Assembly (NCBI GenBank): GCA_964016885.1
Contig: OZ024742.1
Location: 348,502,001 to 348,566,000 of the forward strand
Origin: Eledone cirrhosa
Taxonomy: Eukaryota
Direction of reading: 5' to 3'
DNA: 64,000 bases
Shown here: positions 24,101 to 37,350 of the stretch, in pieces
How the letters are laid out: each line of letters starts with the position of its first letter
How positions within the stretch are numbered: the first letter of the stretch is position 1
The notes under the pieces: model-generated
The model's database searches: none
Told to the model about the DNA's origin: nothing
Seen by the model: only the letters and a program-made list of their open reading frames with translations
Program-made: the position numbers and the translations under genes

Positions 24101-24243
24101 AGGTGTGGTTGAACAGTTGAGCTGTTCTACTCAGGTGTGGCTGGACAGCTAAGGTGTTCTACTCAGGTGTGGTTGGACAGTTAAGGTGTTCTACTGATGT
24201 GTGTTTGGTTAGTTAAGGTGTTCTACTCAGGTGTGGTTGAACA
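9200..24243 (+). repeat. Tandem higher-order duplication: 7,058-bp unit (9200-16257) followed by a 7,986-bp copy (16258-24243) carrying a 928-bp internal expansion
   Basis: Marker pairs at +7058: 19-bp monomer 9200/16258, TCGA 11021/18079 and 14540/21598, undeleted GTTGAGTTG monomer 13251/20309, GGTAATT 1-bp deletion ~13886/~20944, TCTTCTACTCAAG 15401/22459. The last marker repeats at 23387 (+928). Confidence 0.88.
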
Positions 24244-27200
24244 GTTGAGTTGTTCTTGGACAGCTAAGGTGTTCTACTCAAGTGTAGTTGGACATTTAAG
24301 GTGTTCTACTCAGGTGTAGTTGAACAGTTAAGGTGTTCTATTCAGGTGTAGTTGAACAGTTAAGGTGTTCTATTCAGGTGTGGTTGGTTAGTTAAGGTGG
24401 TCTACTCAGGTGTAGATGGATAGTTAAGGTGTTCTACTCAGGTGTAGATGGACAGTTAAGGTGTTCTACTCAGGTCTAGTTGGACAGTTAAGGTGTTCTA
24501 CTCAGGTGTGGTTGAACAGTTAAGGTGTTCTACTCAGGTGTGGGTGGACAGCTAAGGTGTTCTACGCAGGTGTGATTGGACAGTTAAGGTGTTCTACTCA
24601 GGTGTGGTTGGACAGCTAAGGTGTTCTACTCAGGTGTAGATGGACAGTTAAGGTGTTCTACTCAGGTGTGGTTGGACAGGTAAGGTGTTCTACTCAGGTG
24701 TAGGTGGACAGTTAAGGTGTTCTACTGATGTGTGGTTGGTTAGTTATGGTGTTCTACTCAGGTGTAGTTGGACATTTAAGATGTTCTACGCAGGTGTAGT
24801 TGGACAGTTAATGTGTTCTCCTCATGTGTGATTGGACAGTTAAGGTGTTCTACTGATGCGTGGTTGGTTAGTTAAGGTGTTCTATTCAGGTGTAGTTGGA
24901 CAGTTAAGGTGTTCTACTCAGGTGTAGTTGGACAGTTAAGGTGTTCTACTCAGGTGTAGTTGGACAGTTAAGGTGTTCTACTAAGGTGTGATTGGACAGT
25001 TAAGGTGTTCTACTCAGGTGTAGTTGGACAGTTAAGGTGTTCTCCTGATGTGTGGTTGGTTAGTTAAGGTGTTCTACTCAGGTGTAGTTGGACATTTAAG
25101 ATGTTCTACGCAGGTGTAGTTGGACAGTTAATGTGTTCTCCTCATGTGTGATTGGACAGTTAAGGTGTTCTACTGATGCGTGGTTGGTTAGTTAAGGTGT
25201 TCTATTCAGGTGTAGTTGGACAGTTAAGGTGTTCTACTCAGGTGTAGTTGGACAGTTAAGGTGTTCTACTCAGGTGTAGTTGGACAGTTAAGGTGTTCTA
25301 CTCAGGTGTGATTGGACAGTTAAGGTGTTCTACTCAGGTGTAGTTGGACAGTTAAGGTGTTCTACTCAGGTGTGATTGGACAGTTAAAGTGTTCTACTCA
25401 GATGTGGTTGGACAGTTAAGATGTTCTACTGATGTGTGGTTGGTTAGTTAAGGTGTTCTACTCAGGTGTAGTTGAACAGTTAAGGTGTTCTACTCAGCTG
25501 TGGTTGGACAGTTAAGGTGTTCTACTCAGGTGTGGTTGGACAGTTAAGGTGTTCTACTCAGGTGTAGTTGGACGGTTAAGGTGTTCTCCTGATGTGTGGT
25601 TGGTTAGTTAAGGTGTTCTACGCAGGTGTAGTTGGACAGTTAAAGTGTTCTACTCAGATGTGGTTGGACAGTTAAGATGTTCTACTGATGTGTGGTTGGT
25701 TAGTTAAGGTGTTCTACTCAGGGGTAGTTGAACAGTTAAGGTGTTCTACTCAGCTGTGGTTGGACAGTTAAGGTGTTCTACTGATGTGTGGTTGAACAGT
25801 TAAGGTGCTCTACTCAGGTGTAGTTGGACATTTAAGGTGTTCTATTCAGGTGTAGTTGGACAGTTAAGGTGTTCTACTGATGTGTGGTTGGTTAGTTAAG
25901 GTGTTCTAATCAGGTGTGGTTGGACAGTTAAGGTGTTCTACTCATGTGTAGTTGAACAGTTAAGGTGTTCTATTCAGGTGTGGTTGGTTAGTTAATTTGT
26001 TCTATTCAGGTGTGGTTGGTTAGTTAAGGTGGTCTACTCAGGTGTAGATGGACAGTTTAGGTGTTCGACTCAGGTGTGGTTGGTTATATAAGGTGGTCTA
26101 CTCAGGTGTAGATGGACAGTTAACGTGTTCTACTGATGTGTGGTTGGTTAGTTAAGGTGTTCTACTCAGGTGTAGTTGAACAGTTAATGTGTTCTACTCA
26201 GCTGTGGTTGGACAATTAAGGTGTTCTACTGATGTGTGGTTAGTTAGTTAAGGTGTTCTACTCAGGTGTAGTTGGACAGTTAAGGTGTTCTACTCAGGTG
26301 TGGTTGGACAGTTAAGATGTTCTACTGATGTGTGGTTGGTTAGTTAATGTGTTCTACTCAGGTGTGTTTGGACAGTTAAGGTGTTCTACTCAGGTGTGGT
26401 TGGACAGCTAAGGTGTTCTATTCTGGTGTAGTTGGACAGTTAAGGTGTTCTATTCAGGTGTAGTTGGACAGTTAAGGTGTTCTACTCAGGTGTAGTTGGA
26501 CAGTTAACGTGTTCTGCTGATGTGTGGTTGGTTAGTTAAGGTGTTCTACTCAGGTGTAGTTGGACAGTTAAAGTGTTCTACTCAGCTGTGGTTGGACAGT
26601 TAAGATGTTCTACTGATGTGTGGTTGGTTAGTTAAGGTGTTCTATTCAGGTGTAGTTGGACAGTTAATGTGTTCTACTCAGGTGTGGTTGGACAGTTAAG
26701 GTGTTCTACTGATGTGTGGTTGGTTAGTTAAGGTGTTCTACTCAGGTGTGGTTGAACAGTTAAGGTGTTCTACTCAGGTGTGGTTGGACAGCTAAGGTGT
26801 TCTACTCAGGTGTGGTTGGACAGCTAAGGTATTCTACTCAAGTGTAGTTGGACATTTAAGGTGTTCTACTCAGGTGTAGTTGAACAGTTAAGGTGTTCTA
26901 CTCAGGTGTGGTTGAACAGTTAAGGTGTTCTACTCAGGTGTAGTTGGACAGTTAAGGTGTTCTACTCAGGTGTAGTTGAACAGTTAAGGTGTTCTATTCA
27001 GGTGTAGTTGGACAGTTAATTTGTTCTACTCAGGTGTGGTTGAACAGTTAAGGTGTTCTACTGAGGTGTAGTTGGACAGTTAAGGTGTTCTATTCAGGTG
27101 TTGTTGAACAGTTAAGGTGTTCTACTGATGTGTGGTTGGACAGTTAAGGTGTTCTACTCAGGTGTAGTTGAACAGTTAAGGTGTTCTACTCAGGTGTGTT

Positions 27201-28214
27201 TGGACAGTTAAGGTGTTCTATTCAGGTGTGGTTGAACAGTTAAGGTGTTCTACTGATGTGTGGTTGGACAGTTAAGATGTCCTACTCAGATGTAGTTGAA
27301 CAGTTAAGGTGTTCTATTCAGGTGTGGTTGAACAGTTAAAGTGTTCTACTCAGGTGTAGTTGGACAGTTAAGGTGTTCTACTCAGGTCTAGTTGGACAGT
27401 TAAGGTGTTCTACTGGTGTGTGGTTTGTTAGTTAAGGTGTTCTACTCATGTGTAGTTGAACAGTTAAGGTGTTCTACTCAGGTGTGGTTGGACAGTTAAG
27501 ATGTTCTACTCAGATGTAGTTAAACAGTTAAGGTGTTCTATTCAGGTGTAGTTGGACAGTTAAGGTGTTCTACTCAGGTGTAGTTGGACAGTTAAGGTGT
27601 TCTACTCAGGCGTAGTTGGACAGTTAAGGTGTTCTACTGATATGTGGTTGGTTAGTTAAGGTGTTCTACTCAGGTGAAGTTGGACATTTAAGGTGTTCTA
27701 TTCAGGTGTAGTTGGACAGTTAAGGTGTCCTATTCAGGTGTGGTTGAACAGTTAAGGTGTTCTATTCAGGTGTGGTTGGACAGTTAAAGTGGTCTACTCA
27801 GGTGTGGTTGGTTAGTTAAGGTGTTCTACTCAGGTGTAGTTGATCAGTTAAGGTGTTCTATTCAGGTGTAGTTGGACAGTTAAGGTGGTCTACTCAGGTG
27901 TAGTTGGACAGTTAAGGTGTTCTACTGATGTGTGGTTGGTTAGTTAAGGTGTTCTACTCAGGTGTAGTTGAACAGTTAAGGTGTTCTGCTCAGCTGTGGT
28001 TGGACAGTTAAGGTGTTCTACTGATGTGTGGTTGGTTAGTTAAGGTGTTCTACTCAGGTGTAGTTGGACAGTTAAGGTGTTCTACTCAGTTGTGGTTGGA
28101 CAGTTAACTTGTTCTACTGATGTGTGTTTGGTTAGTTAAGGTGTTCTACTCAGGTGTGGTTGAACAGTTGAGCTGTTCTACTCAGGTGTGGCTGGACAGC
28201 TAAGGTGTTCTACT

Positions 28215-31200
28215 CAGGTGTAGTTGGACAGTTAACGTGTTCTCCTGATGTGTGGTTGGTTAGTTAAGGTGTTCTACTCAGGTGTAGTTGGACAGTTAAA
28301 GTGTTCTACTCAGCTGTGGTTGGACAGTTAAGATGTCCTACTGATGTGTGGTTGGTTAGTTAAGGTGTTCTACTCAGGTGTAGTTGGAGAGTTAAGGTGT
28401 TCTACTCAGGTCTGGTTGGACAGTTAAGGTGTTCTACTGATGTGTGGTTGGTTAGTTAAGGTGTTCTACTCAGGTGTGGTTGAACAGTTAAGGTGTTCTA
28501 CTCAGGTGTGGTTGGACAGTTAAGGTGTTCTACTGATGTGTGGTTGGTTAGTTAAGGTGTTCTACTCAGGTGTGGTTGAACAGTTAAGGTGTTCTACTCA
28601 GGTGTGGTTGGACAGCTAAGGTGTTCTACTCAGGTGTGGTTGGACAGCTAAGGTCTTCTACTCAAGTGTAGTTGGACATTTAAGGTGTTCTACTCAGGTG
28701 TAGTTGAACAGTTAAGGTGTTCTACTCAGGTGTGGTTGAACAGTTAAGGTGTTCTACACAGGTGTATTTGGACAGTTAAGGTGTTCTACTCAGGTGTAGT
28801 TGAACAGTTAAGGTGTTCTATTCAGGTGTAGTTGGACAGTTAAGGTGTTCTACTCAGGTGTGGTTGAACAGTTAAGGTGTTCTACTGAGGTGTAGTTGGA
28901 CAGTTAAGGTGTTGTATTCAGGTGTTGTTGAACAGTTAAGGTGTTCTACTGATGTGTGGTTGGACAGTTAAGGTGTTCTACTCAGGTGTAGTTGAACAGT
29001 TAAGGTGTTCTACTCAGGTGTGTTTGGACAGTTAAGGTGTTCTATTCAGGTATGGTTGAACAGTTAAGATGTTCTACTGATGTGTGGTTGGACAGTTAAG
29101 ATGTCCTACTCAGATGTAGTTGAACAGTTAAGGTGTTCTATTCAGGTGTGGTTGAACAGTTAAAGTGTTCTACTCAGGTGTAGTTGGACAGTTAAGGTGT
29201 TCTACTCAGGTGTAGTTGGACAGTTAAGGTGTTCTACTGGTGTGTGGTTGGTTAGTTAAGGTGTTCTACTCATGTGTAGTTGAACAGTTAAGGTATTCTA
29301 CTCAGGTGTAGTTGGACAGTTAAGGTGTTCTATTCAGGTGTGGTTTAACAGTTAAGGTGTTCTACTCAGGTGTGGTTGGACAGTTAAGATGTTCTACTCA
29401 GGTGTAGTTGAACAGTTAACGTGTTCTATTCAGGTGTAGTTGGACAGTTAAGGTGTTCTACTCAGGTGTAGTTGGACAGTTAAGGTGTTCTACTCAGGCG
29501 TGGTTGGACAGTTAAGGTGTTCTACTGATATGTGGTTGGTTAGTTAAGGTGTTCTACTCAGGTGAAGTTGGGCATTTAAGGTGTTCTATTCAGGTGTAGT
29601 TGGACAGTTAAGGTGTTCTATTCAGGTGTGGTTGAACAGTTAAGGTGTTCTATTCAGGTGTGGTTGGACAGTTAAAGTGGTCTACTCAGGTGTAGTTGAT
29701 CAGTTAAGGTGTTCAATTCAGGTGTAGTTGGACAGTTAAGGTGGTCTTCTCAGGTGTAGTTAGACAGTTAAGGTGTTCTACTGATGTGTGGTTGGTTAGT
29801 TAAGGTGTTCTACTCAGGTGTAGTTGGAGAGTTAAAGTGTTCTACTCAGCTGTGGTTGGACAGTTAAGATGTTCTACTGATGTGTGGTTGGTTAGTTAAG
29901 GTGTTCTACTCAGGTGTAGTTGGAGAGTTAAGGTGTTCTACTCAGGTCTGGTTGGACAGTTAATGTGTTCTACTGATGTGTGGTTGGTTAGTTAAGGTGT
30001 TCTACTCAGGTGTGGTTGAACAGTTAAGGTGTTCTACTCAGGTGTGGTTGGACAGTTAAGGTGTTCTTCTGATGTGTGGTTGGTTAGTTAAGGTGTTCTA
30101 CTCAGGTGTGGTTGAACAGTTAAGGTGTTCTACTCAGGTGTGGTTGGACAGCTAATGTGTTCTACTCAGGTGTGGTTGGACAGCTAAGGTGTTCTACTCA
30201 AGTGTAGTTGGACATTTAAGGTGTTCTACTCAGGTGTAGTTGAACAGTTAAGGTGTTCTACTAAGGTGTAGTTGGACAGTTAAGGTGTTCTATTCAGGTG
30301 TGGTTGAACAGTTAAGGTGTTCTACTCAGGTGTAGTTGGACAGTTAAGGTGTTCTACTCAGGTGTAGTTGGACAGTTAAGGTGTTCTACTCAGGTGTGGT
30401 TGGACAGTTAAGGTGTTCTACTCAGGTGTAGTTGGACGGTTAAGGTGTTCTTCTGATGTGTGGTTGGTTAGTTAAGGTGTTCTACGCAGGTGTAGTTGGA
30501 CAGTTAAAGTGTTCTACTCAGATGTGGTTGGACAGTTAAGATGTTCTACTGATGTGTGGTTGGTTAGTTAAGGTGTTCTACTCAGGGGTAGTTGAACAGT
30601 TAAGGTGTTCTACTCAGCTGTGGTTGGACAGTTAAGGTGTTCTACTGATGTGTGGTTGAACAGTTAAGGTGGTCTACTCAGGTGTAGTTGGACATTTAAG
30701 GTGTTCTATTCAGGTGTAGTTGGACAGTTAAGGTGTTCTACTGATGTGTGGTTGGTTAGTTAAGGTGTTCTAATCAGGTGTGGTTGGACAGTTAAGGTGT
30801 TCTACTCATGTGTAGTTGAACAGTTAAGGTGTTCTATTCAGGTGTGGTTGGTTAGTTAATTTGTTCTATTCAGGTGTGGTTGGTTAGTTAAGGTGGTCTA
30901 CTCAGGTGTAGATGGACAGTTTAGGTGTTCGACTCAGGTGTGGTTGGTTATATAAGGTGGTCTACTCAGGTGTAGATGGACAGTTAACGTGTTCTACTGA
31001 TGTGTGGTTGGTTAGTTAAGGTGTTCTACTCAGGTGTAGTTGAACAGTTAAGGTGTTCTACTCAGCTGTGGTTGGACAATTAAGGTGTTCTACTGATGTG
31101 TGGTTAGTTAGTTAAGGTGTTCTACTCAGGTGTAGTTGGACAGTTAAGGTGTTCTACTCAGGTGTGGTTGGACAGTTAAGATGTTCTACTGATGTGTGGT

Positions 31201-33470
31201 TGGTTAGTTAATGTGTTCTACTCAGGTGTGTTTGGACAGTTAAGGTGTTCTACTCAGGTGTGGTTGGACAGCTAAGGTGTTCTATTCTGGTGTAGTTGGA
31301 CAGTTAAGGTGTTCTATTCAGGTGTAGTTGGACAGTTAAGGTGTTCTACTCAGGTGTAGTTGGACAGTTAACGTGTTCTCCTGATGTGTGGTTGGTTAGT
31401 TAAGGTGTTCTACTCAGGTGTAGTTGGACAGTTAAAGTGTTCTACTCAGCTGTGGTTGGACAGTTAAGATGTCCTACTGATGTGTGGTTGGTTAGTTAAG
31501 GTGTTCTACTCAGGTGTAGTTGGAGAGTTAAGGTGTTCTACTCAGGTCTGGTTGGACAGTTAAGGTGTTCTACTGATGTGTGGTTGGTTAGTTAAGGTGT
31601 TCTACTCAGGTGTGGTTGAACAGTTAAGGTGTTCTACTCAGGTGTGGTTGGACAGTTAAGGTGTTCTACTGATGTGTGGTTGGTTAGTTAAGGTGTTCTA
31701 CTCAGGTGTGGTTGAACAGTTAAGGTGTTCTACTCAGGTGTGGTTGGACAGCTAAGGTGTTCTACTCAGGTGTGGTTGGACAGCTAAGGTCTTCTACTCA
31801 AGTGTAGTTGGACATTTAAGGTGTTCTACTCAGGTGTAGTTGAACAGTTAAGGTGTTCTACTCAGGTGTGGTTGAACAGTTAAGGTGTTCTACACAGGTG
31901 TATTTGGACAGTTAAGGTGTTCTACTCAGGTGTAGTTGAACAGTTAAGGTGTTCTATTCAGGTGTAGTTGGACAGTTAAGGTGTTCTACTCAGGTGTGGT
32001 TGAACAGTTAAGGTGTTCTACTGAGGTGTAGTTGGACAGTTAAGGTGTTGTATTCAGGTGTATTTGAACAGTTAAGGTGTTCTACTGATGTGTGGTTGGA
32101 CAGTTAAGGTGTTCTACTCAGGTGTAGTTGAACAGTTAAGGTGTTCTACTCAGGTGTGTTTGGACAGTTAAGGTGTTCTATTCAGGTATGGTTGAACAGT
32201 TAAGATGTTCTACTGATGTGTGGTTGGACAGTTAAGATGTCCTACTCAGATGTAGTTGAACAGTTAAGGTGTTCTATTCAGGTGTGGTTGAACAGTTAAA
32301 GTGTTCTACTCAGGTGTAGTTGGACAGTTAAGGTGTTCTACTCAGGTGTAGTTGGACAGTTAAGGTGTTCTACTGGTGTGTGGTTGGTTAGTTAAGGTGT
32401 TCTACTCATGTGTAGTTGAACAGTTAAGGTATTCTACTCAGGTGTAGTTGGACAGTTAAGGTGTTCTATTCAGGTGTGGTTTAACAGTTAAGGTGTTCTA
32501 CTCAGGTGTGGTTGGACAGTTAAGATGTTCTACTCAGGTGTAGTTGAACAGTTAACGTGTTCTATTCAGGTGTAGTTGGACAGTTAAGGTGTTCTACTCA
32601 GGTGTAGTTGGACAGTTAAGGTGTTCTACTCAGGCGTGGTTGGACAGTTAAGGTGTTCTACTGATATGTGGTTGGTTAGTTAAGGTGTTCTACTCAGGTG
32701 AAGTTGGGCATTTAAGGTGTTCTATTCAGGTGTAGTTGGACAGTTAAGGTGTTCTATTCAGGTGTGGTTGAACAGTTAAGGTGTTCTATTCAGGTGTGGT
32801 TGGACAGTTAAAGTGGTCTACTCAGGTGTAGTTGATCAGTTAAGGTGTTCAATTCAGGTGTAGTTGGACAGTTAAGGTGGTCTTCTCAGGTGTAGTTAGA
32901 CAGTTAAGGTGTTCTACTGATGTGTGGTTGGTTAGTTAAGGTGTTCTACTCAGGTGTAGTTGGAGAGTTAAAGTGTTCTACTCAGCTGTGGTTGGACAGT
33001 TAAGATGTTCTACTGATGTGTGGTTGGTTAGTTAAGGTGTTCTACTCAGGTGTAGTTGGAGAGTTAAGGTGTTCTACTCAGGTCTGGTTGGACAGTTAAT
33101 GTGTTCTACTGATGTGTGGTTGGTTAGTTAAGGTGTTCTACTCAGGTGTGGTTGAACAGTTAAGGTGTTCTACTCAGGTGTGGTTGGACAGTTAAGGTGT
33201 TCTTCTGATGTGTGGTTGGTTAGTTAAGGTGTTCTACTCAGGTGTGGTTGAACAGTTAAGGTGTTCTACTCAGGTGTGGTTGGACAGCTAATGTGTTCTA
33301 CTCAGGTGTGGTTGGACAGCTAAGGTGTTCTACTCAAGTGTAGTTGGACATTTAAGGTGTTCTACTCAGGTGTAGTTGAACAGTTAAGGTGTTCTACTAA
33401 GGTGTAGTTGGACAGTTAAGGTGTTCTATTCAGGTGTGGTTGAACAGTTAAGGTGTTCTACTCAGGTGTG
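28215..33470 (+). repeat. Block duplication at a 3,136-bp offset (98 monomers); repeated again at ~53.9-59.1 kb
   Basis: CAATT occurs at 29714/32850 and 55377/58513. TAGACAG occurs at 29761/32897. GTTAACGTGTTCTCC occurs at 28231/31367. Confidence 0.87.
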
Positions 33471-36400
33471 GTTGGACAGATAAGGTGTTCTACTCAGGTG
33501 TAGTTGAACAGTTAAGGTGTTCTATTCAGGTGTAGTTGGACAGTTAAGGTGTTCTACTCAGGTATGGTTGAACAGTTAAGGTGTTCTACTCAGGTGTAGT
33601 TGGACAGTTAAGGTGTTCTACTCAGGTGTAGTTGAACAGTTAAGGTGTTCTATTCAGGTGTAGTTGGACAGTTAAGGTGTTCTACTCAGGTGTGGTTGAA
33701 CAGTTAAGGTGTTCTACTGAGGTGTAGTTGGACAGTTAAGGTGTTCTATTCAGGTGTTGTTGAACAGTTAAGGTGTTCTACTGATGTGTGGTTGGACAGT
33801 TAAGGTGTTCTACTCAGGTGTAGTTGAACAGTTAAGGTGTTCTACTCAGGTGTGTTTGGACAGTTAAGGTGTTCTATTCAGGTGTGGTTGAACAGTTAAG
33901 GTGTTCTACTGATGTGTGGTTGGACAGTTAAGATGTCCTACTCAGGTGTAGTTGGACAGTTAAGATGTTCTACTCATGTGTAGTTGAACAGTTAAGGTGT
34001 TCTACTCAGGTGTAGTTGGACAGTTAAGGTGTTCTATTCAGGTGTAGTTGGACAGTTAAGGTGTTCTACTCAGGTGTAGTTGGAAAGTTAAGGTGTTCTA
34101 CTCAGGTGTAGTTGGACAGTTAAGGTGTTCTACTCAGGTGTAGTTGGACAGTTAAGGTGTTCTACTCAGGTGTGGTTGGACAGTTAAGGTGTTCTACTCA
34201 GGTGTAGTTGGACGGTTAAGGTGTTCTTCTGATGTGTGGTTGGTTAGTTAAGGTGTTCTACGCAGGTGTAGTTGGACAGTTAAAGTGTTCTACTCAGATG
34301 TGGTTGGACAGTTAAGATGTTCTACTGATGTGTGGTTGGTTAGTTAAGGTGTTCTACTCAGGGGTAGTTGAACAGTTAAGGTGTTCTACTCAGCTGTGGT
34401 TGGACAGTTAAGGTGTTCTACTGATGTGTGGTTGAACAGTTAAGGTGGTCTACTCAGGTGTAGTTGGACATTTAAGGTGTTCTATTCAGGTGTAGTTGGA
34501 CAGTTAAGGTGTTCTACTGATGTGTGGTTGGTTAGTTAAGGTGTTCTAATCAGGTGTGGTTGGACAGTTAAGGTGTTCTACTCATGTGTAGTTGAACAGT
34601 TAAGGTGTTCTATTCAGGTGTGGTTGGTTAGTTAATTTGTTCTATTCAGGTGTGGTTGGTTAGTTAAGGTGGTCTACTCAGGTGTAGATGGACAGTTTAG
34701 GTGTTCGACTCAGGTGTGGTTGGTTATATAAGGTGGTCTACTCAGGTGTAGATGGACAGTTAACGTGTTCTACTGATGTGTGGTTGGTTAGTTAAGGTGT
34801 TCTACTCAGGTGTAGTTGAACAGTTAAGGTGTTCTACTCAGCTGTGGTTGGACAATTAAGGTGTTCTACTGATGTGTGGTTAGTTAGTTAAGGTGTTCTA
34901 CTCAGGTGTAGTTGGACAGTTAAGGTGTTCTACTCAGGTGTGGTTGGACAGTTAAGATGTTCTACTGATGTGTGGTTGGTTAGTTAATGTGTTCTACTCA
35001 GGTGTGTTTGGACAGTTAAGGTGTTCTACTCAGGTGTGGTTGGACAGCTAAGGTGTTCTATTCTGGTGTAATTGGACAGTTAAGGTGTTCTATTCAGGTG
35101 TAGTTGGACAGTTAAGGTGTTCTACTCAGGTGTAGTTGGACAGTTAACGTGTTCTCCTGATGTGTGGTTGGTTAGTTAAGGTGTTCTACTCAGGTGTAGT
35201 TGGACAGTTAAAGTGTTCTACTCAGCTGTGGTTGGACAGTTAAGATGTCCTACTGATGTGTGGTTGGTTAGTTAAGGTGTTCTACTCAGGTGTAGTTGGA
35301 GAGTTAAGGTGTTCTACTCAGGTCTGGTTGGACAGTTAAGGTGTTCTACTGATGTGTGGTTGGTTAGTTAAGGTGTTCTACTCAGGTGTGGTTGAACAGT
35401 TAAGGTGTTCTACTCAGGTGTGGTTGGACAGTTAAGGTGTTCTACTGATGTGTGGTTGGTTAGTTAAGGTGTTCTACTCAGGTGTGGTTGAACAGTTAAG
35501 GTGTTCTACTCAGGTGTGGTTGGACAGCTAAGGTGTTCTACTCAGGTGTGGTTGGACAGCTAAGGTCTTCTACTCAAGTGTAGTTGGACATTTAAGGTGT
35601 TCTACTCAGGTGTAGTTGAACAGTTAAGGTGTTCTACTCAGGTGTGGTTGAACAGTTAAGGTGTTCTACACAGGTGTATTTGGACAGTTAAGGTGTTCTA
35701 CTCAGGTGTAGTTGAACAGTTAAGGTGTTCTATTCAGGTGTAGTTGGACAGTTAAGGTGTTCTACTCAGGTGTAGTTGGACAGTTAACGTGTTCTCCTGA
35801 TGTGTGGTTGGTTAGTTAAGGTGTTCTACTCAGGTGTAGTTGGACAGTTAAAGTGTTCTACTCAGCTGTGGTTGGACAGTTAAGATGTTCTACTGATGTG
35901 TGGTTGGTTAGTTAATGTGTTCTACTCAGGTGTGTTTGGACAGTTAAGGTGTTCTACTCAGGTGTGGTTGGACAGCTAAGGTGTTCTATTCTGGTGTAGT
36001 TGGACAGTTAAGGTGTTCTATTCAGGTGTAGTTGGACAGTTAAGGTGTTCTACTCAGGTGTAGTTGGACAGTTAACGTGTTCTCCTGATGTGTGGTTGGT
36101 TAGTTAAGGTGTTCTACTCAGGTGTAGTTGGACAGTTAAAGTGTTCTACTCAGCTGTGGTTGGACAGTTAAGATGTCCTACTGATGTGTGGTTGGTTAGT
36201 TAAGGTGTTCTACTCAGGTGTAGTTGGAGAGTTAAGGTGTTCTACTCAGGTCTGGTTGGACAGTTAAGGTGTTCTACTGATGTGTGGTTGGTTAGTTAAG
36301 GTGTTCTACTCAGGTGTGGTTGAACAGTTAAGGTGTTCTACTCAGGTGTGGTTGGACAGTTAAGGTGTTCTACTGATGTGTGGTTGGTTAGTTAAGGTGT

Positions 36401-37350
36401 TCTACTCAGGTGTGGTTGAACAGTTAAGGTGTTCTACTCAGGTGTGGTTGGACAGCTAAGGTGTTCTACTCAGGTGTGGTTGGACAGCTAAGGTCTTCTA
36501 CTCAAGTGTAGTTGGACATTTAAGGTGTTCTACTCAGGTGTAGTTGAACAGTTAAGGTGTTCTACTCAGGTGTGGTTGAACAGTTAAGGTGTTCTACACA
36601 GGTGTATTTGGACAGTTAAGGTGTTCTACTCAGGTGTAGTTGAACAGTTAAGGTGTTCTATTCAGGTGTAGTTGGACAGTTAAGGTGTTCTACTCAGGTG
36701 TGGTTGAACAGTTAAGGTGTTCTACTGAGGTGTAGTTGGACAGTTAAGGTGTTGTATTCAGGTGTTGTTGAACAGTTAAGGTGTTCTATTCAGGTGTGGT
36801 TGAACAGTTAAGGTGTTCTATTCAGGTGTGGTTGGACAGTTAAAGTGGTCTACTCAGGTGTGGTTGGTTAGTTAAGGTGTTCTACTCAGGTGTAGTTGAT
36901 CAGTTAAGGTGTTCTATTCAGGTGTAGTTGGACAGTTAAGGTGGTCTACTCAGGTGTAGTTGGACAGTTAAGGTGTTCTACTGATGTGTGGTTGGTTAGT
37001 TAAGGTGTTCTACTCAGGTGTAGTTGAACAGTTAAGGTGTTCTGCTCAGCTGTGGTTGGACAGTTAAGGTGTTCTACTGATGTGTGGTTGGTTAGTTAAG
37101 GTGTTCTACTCAGGTGTAGTTGGACAGTTAAGGTGTTCTACTCAGGTGTGGTTGGACAGTTAACTTGTTCTACTGATGTGTGTTTGGTTAGTTAAGGTGT
37201 TCTACTCAGGTGTGGTTGAACAGTTGAGCTGTTCTACTCAGGTGTGGCTGGACAGCTAAGGTGTTCTACTCAGGTGTGGTTGGACAGTTAAGGTGTTCTA
37301 CTGATGTGTGTTTGGTTAGTTAAGGTGTTCTACTCAGGTGTGGTTGAACA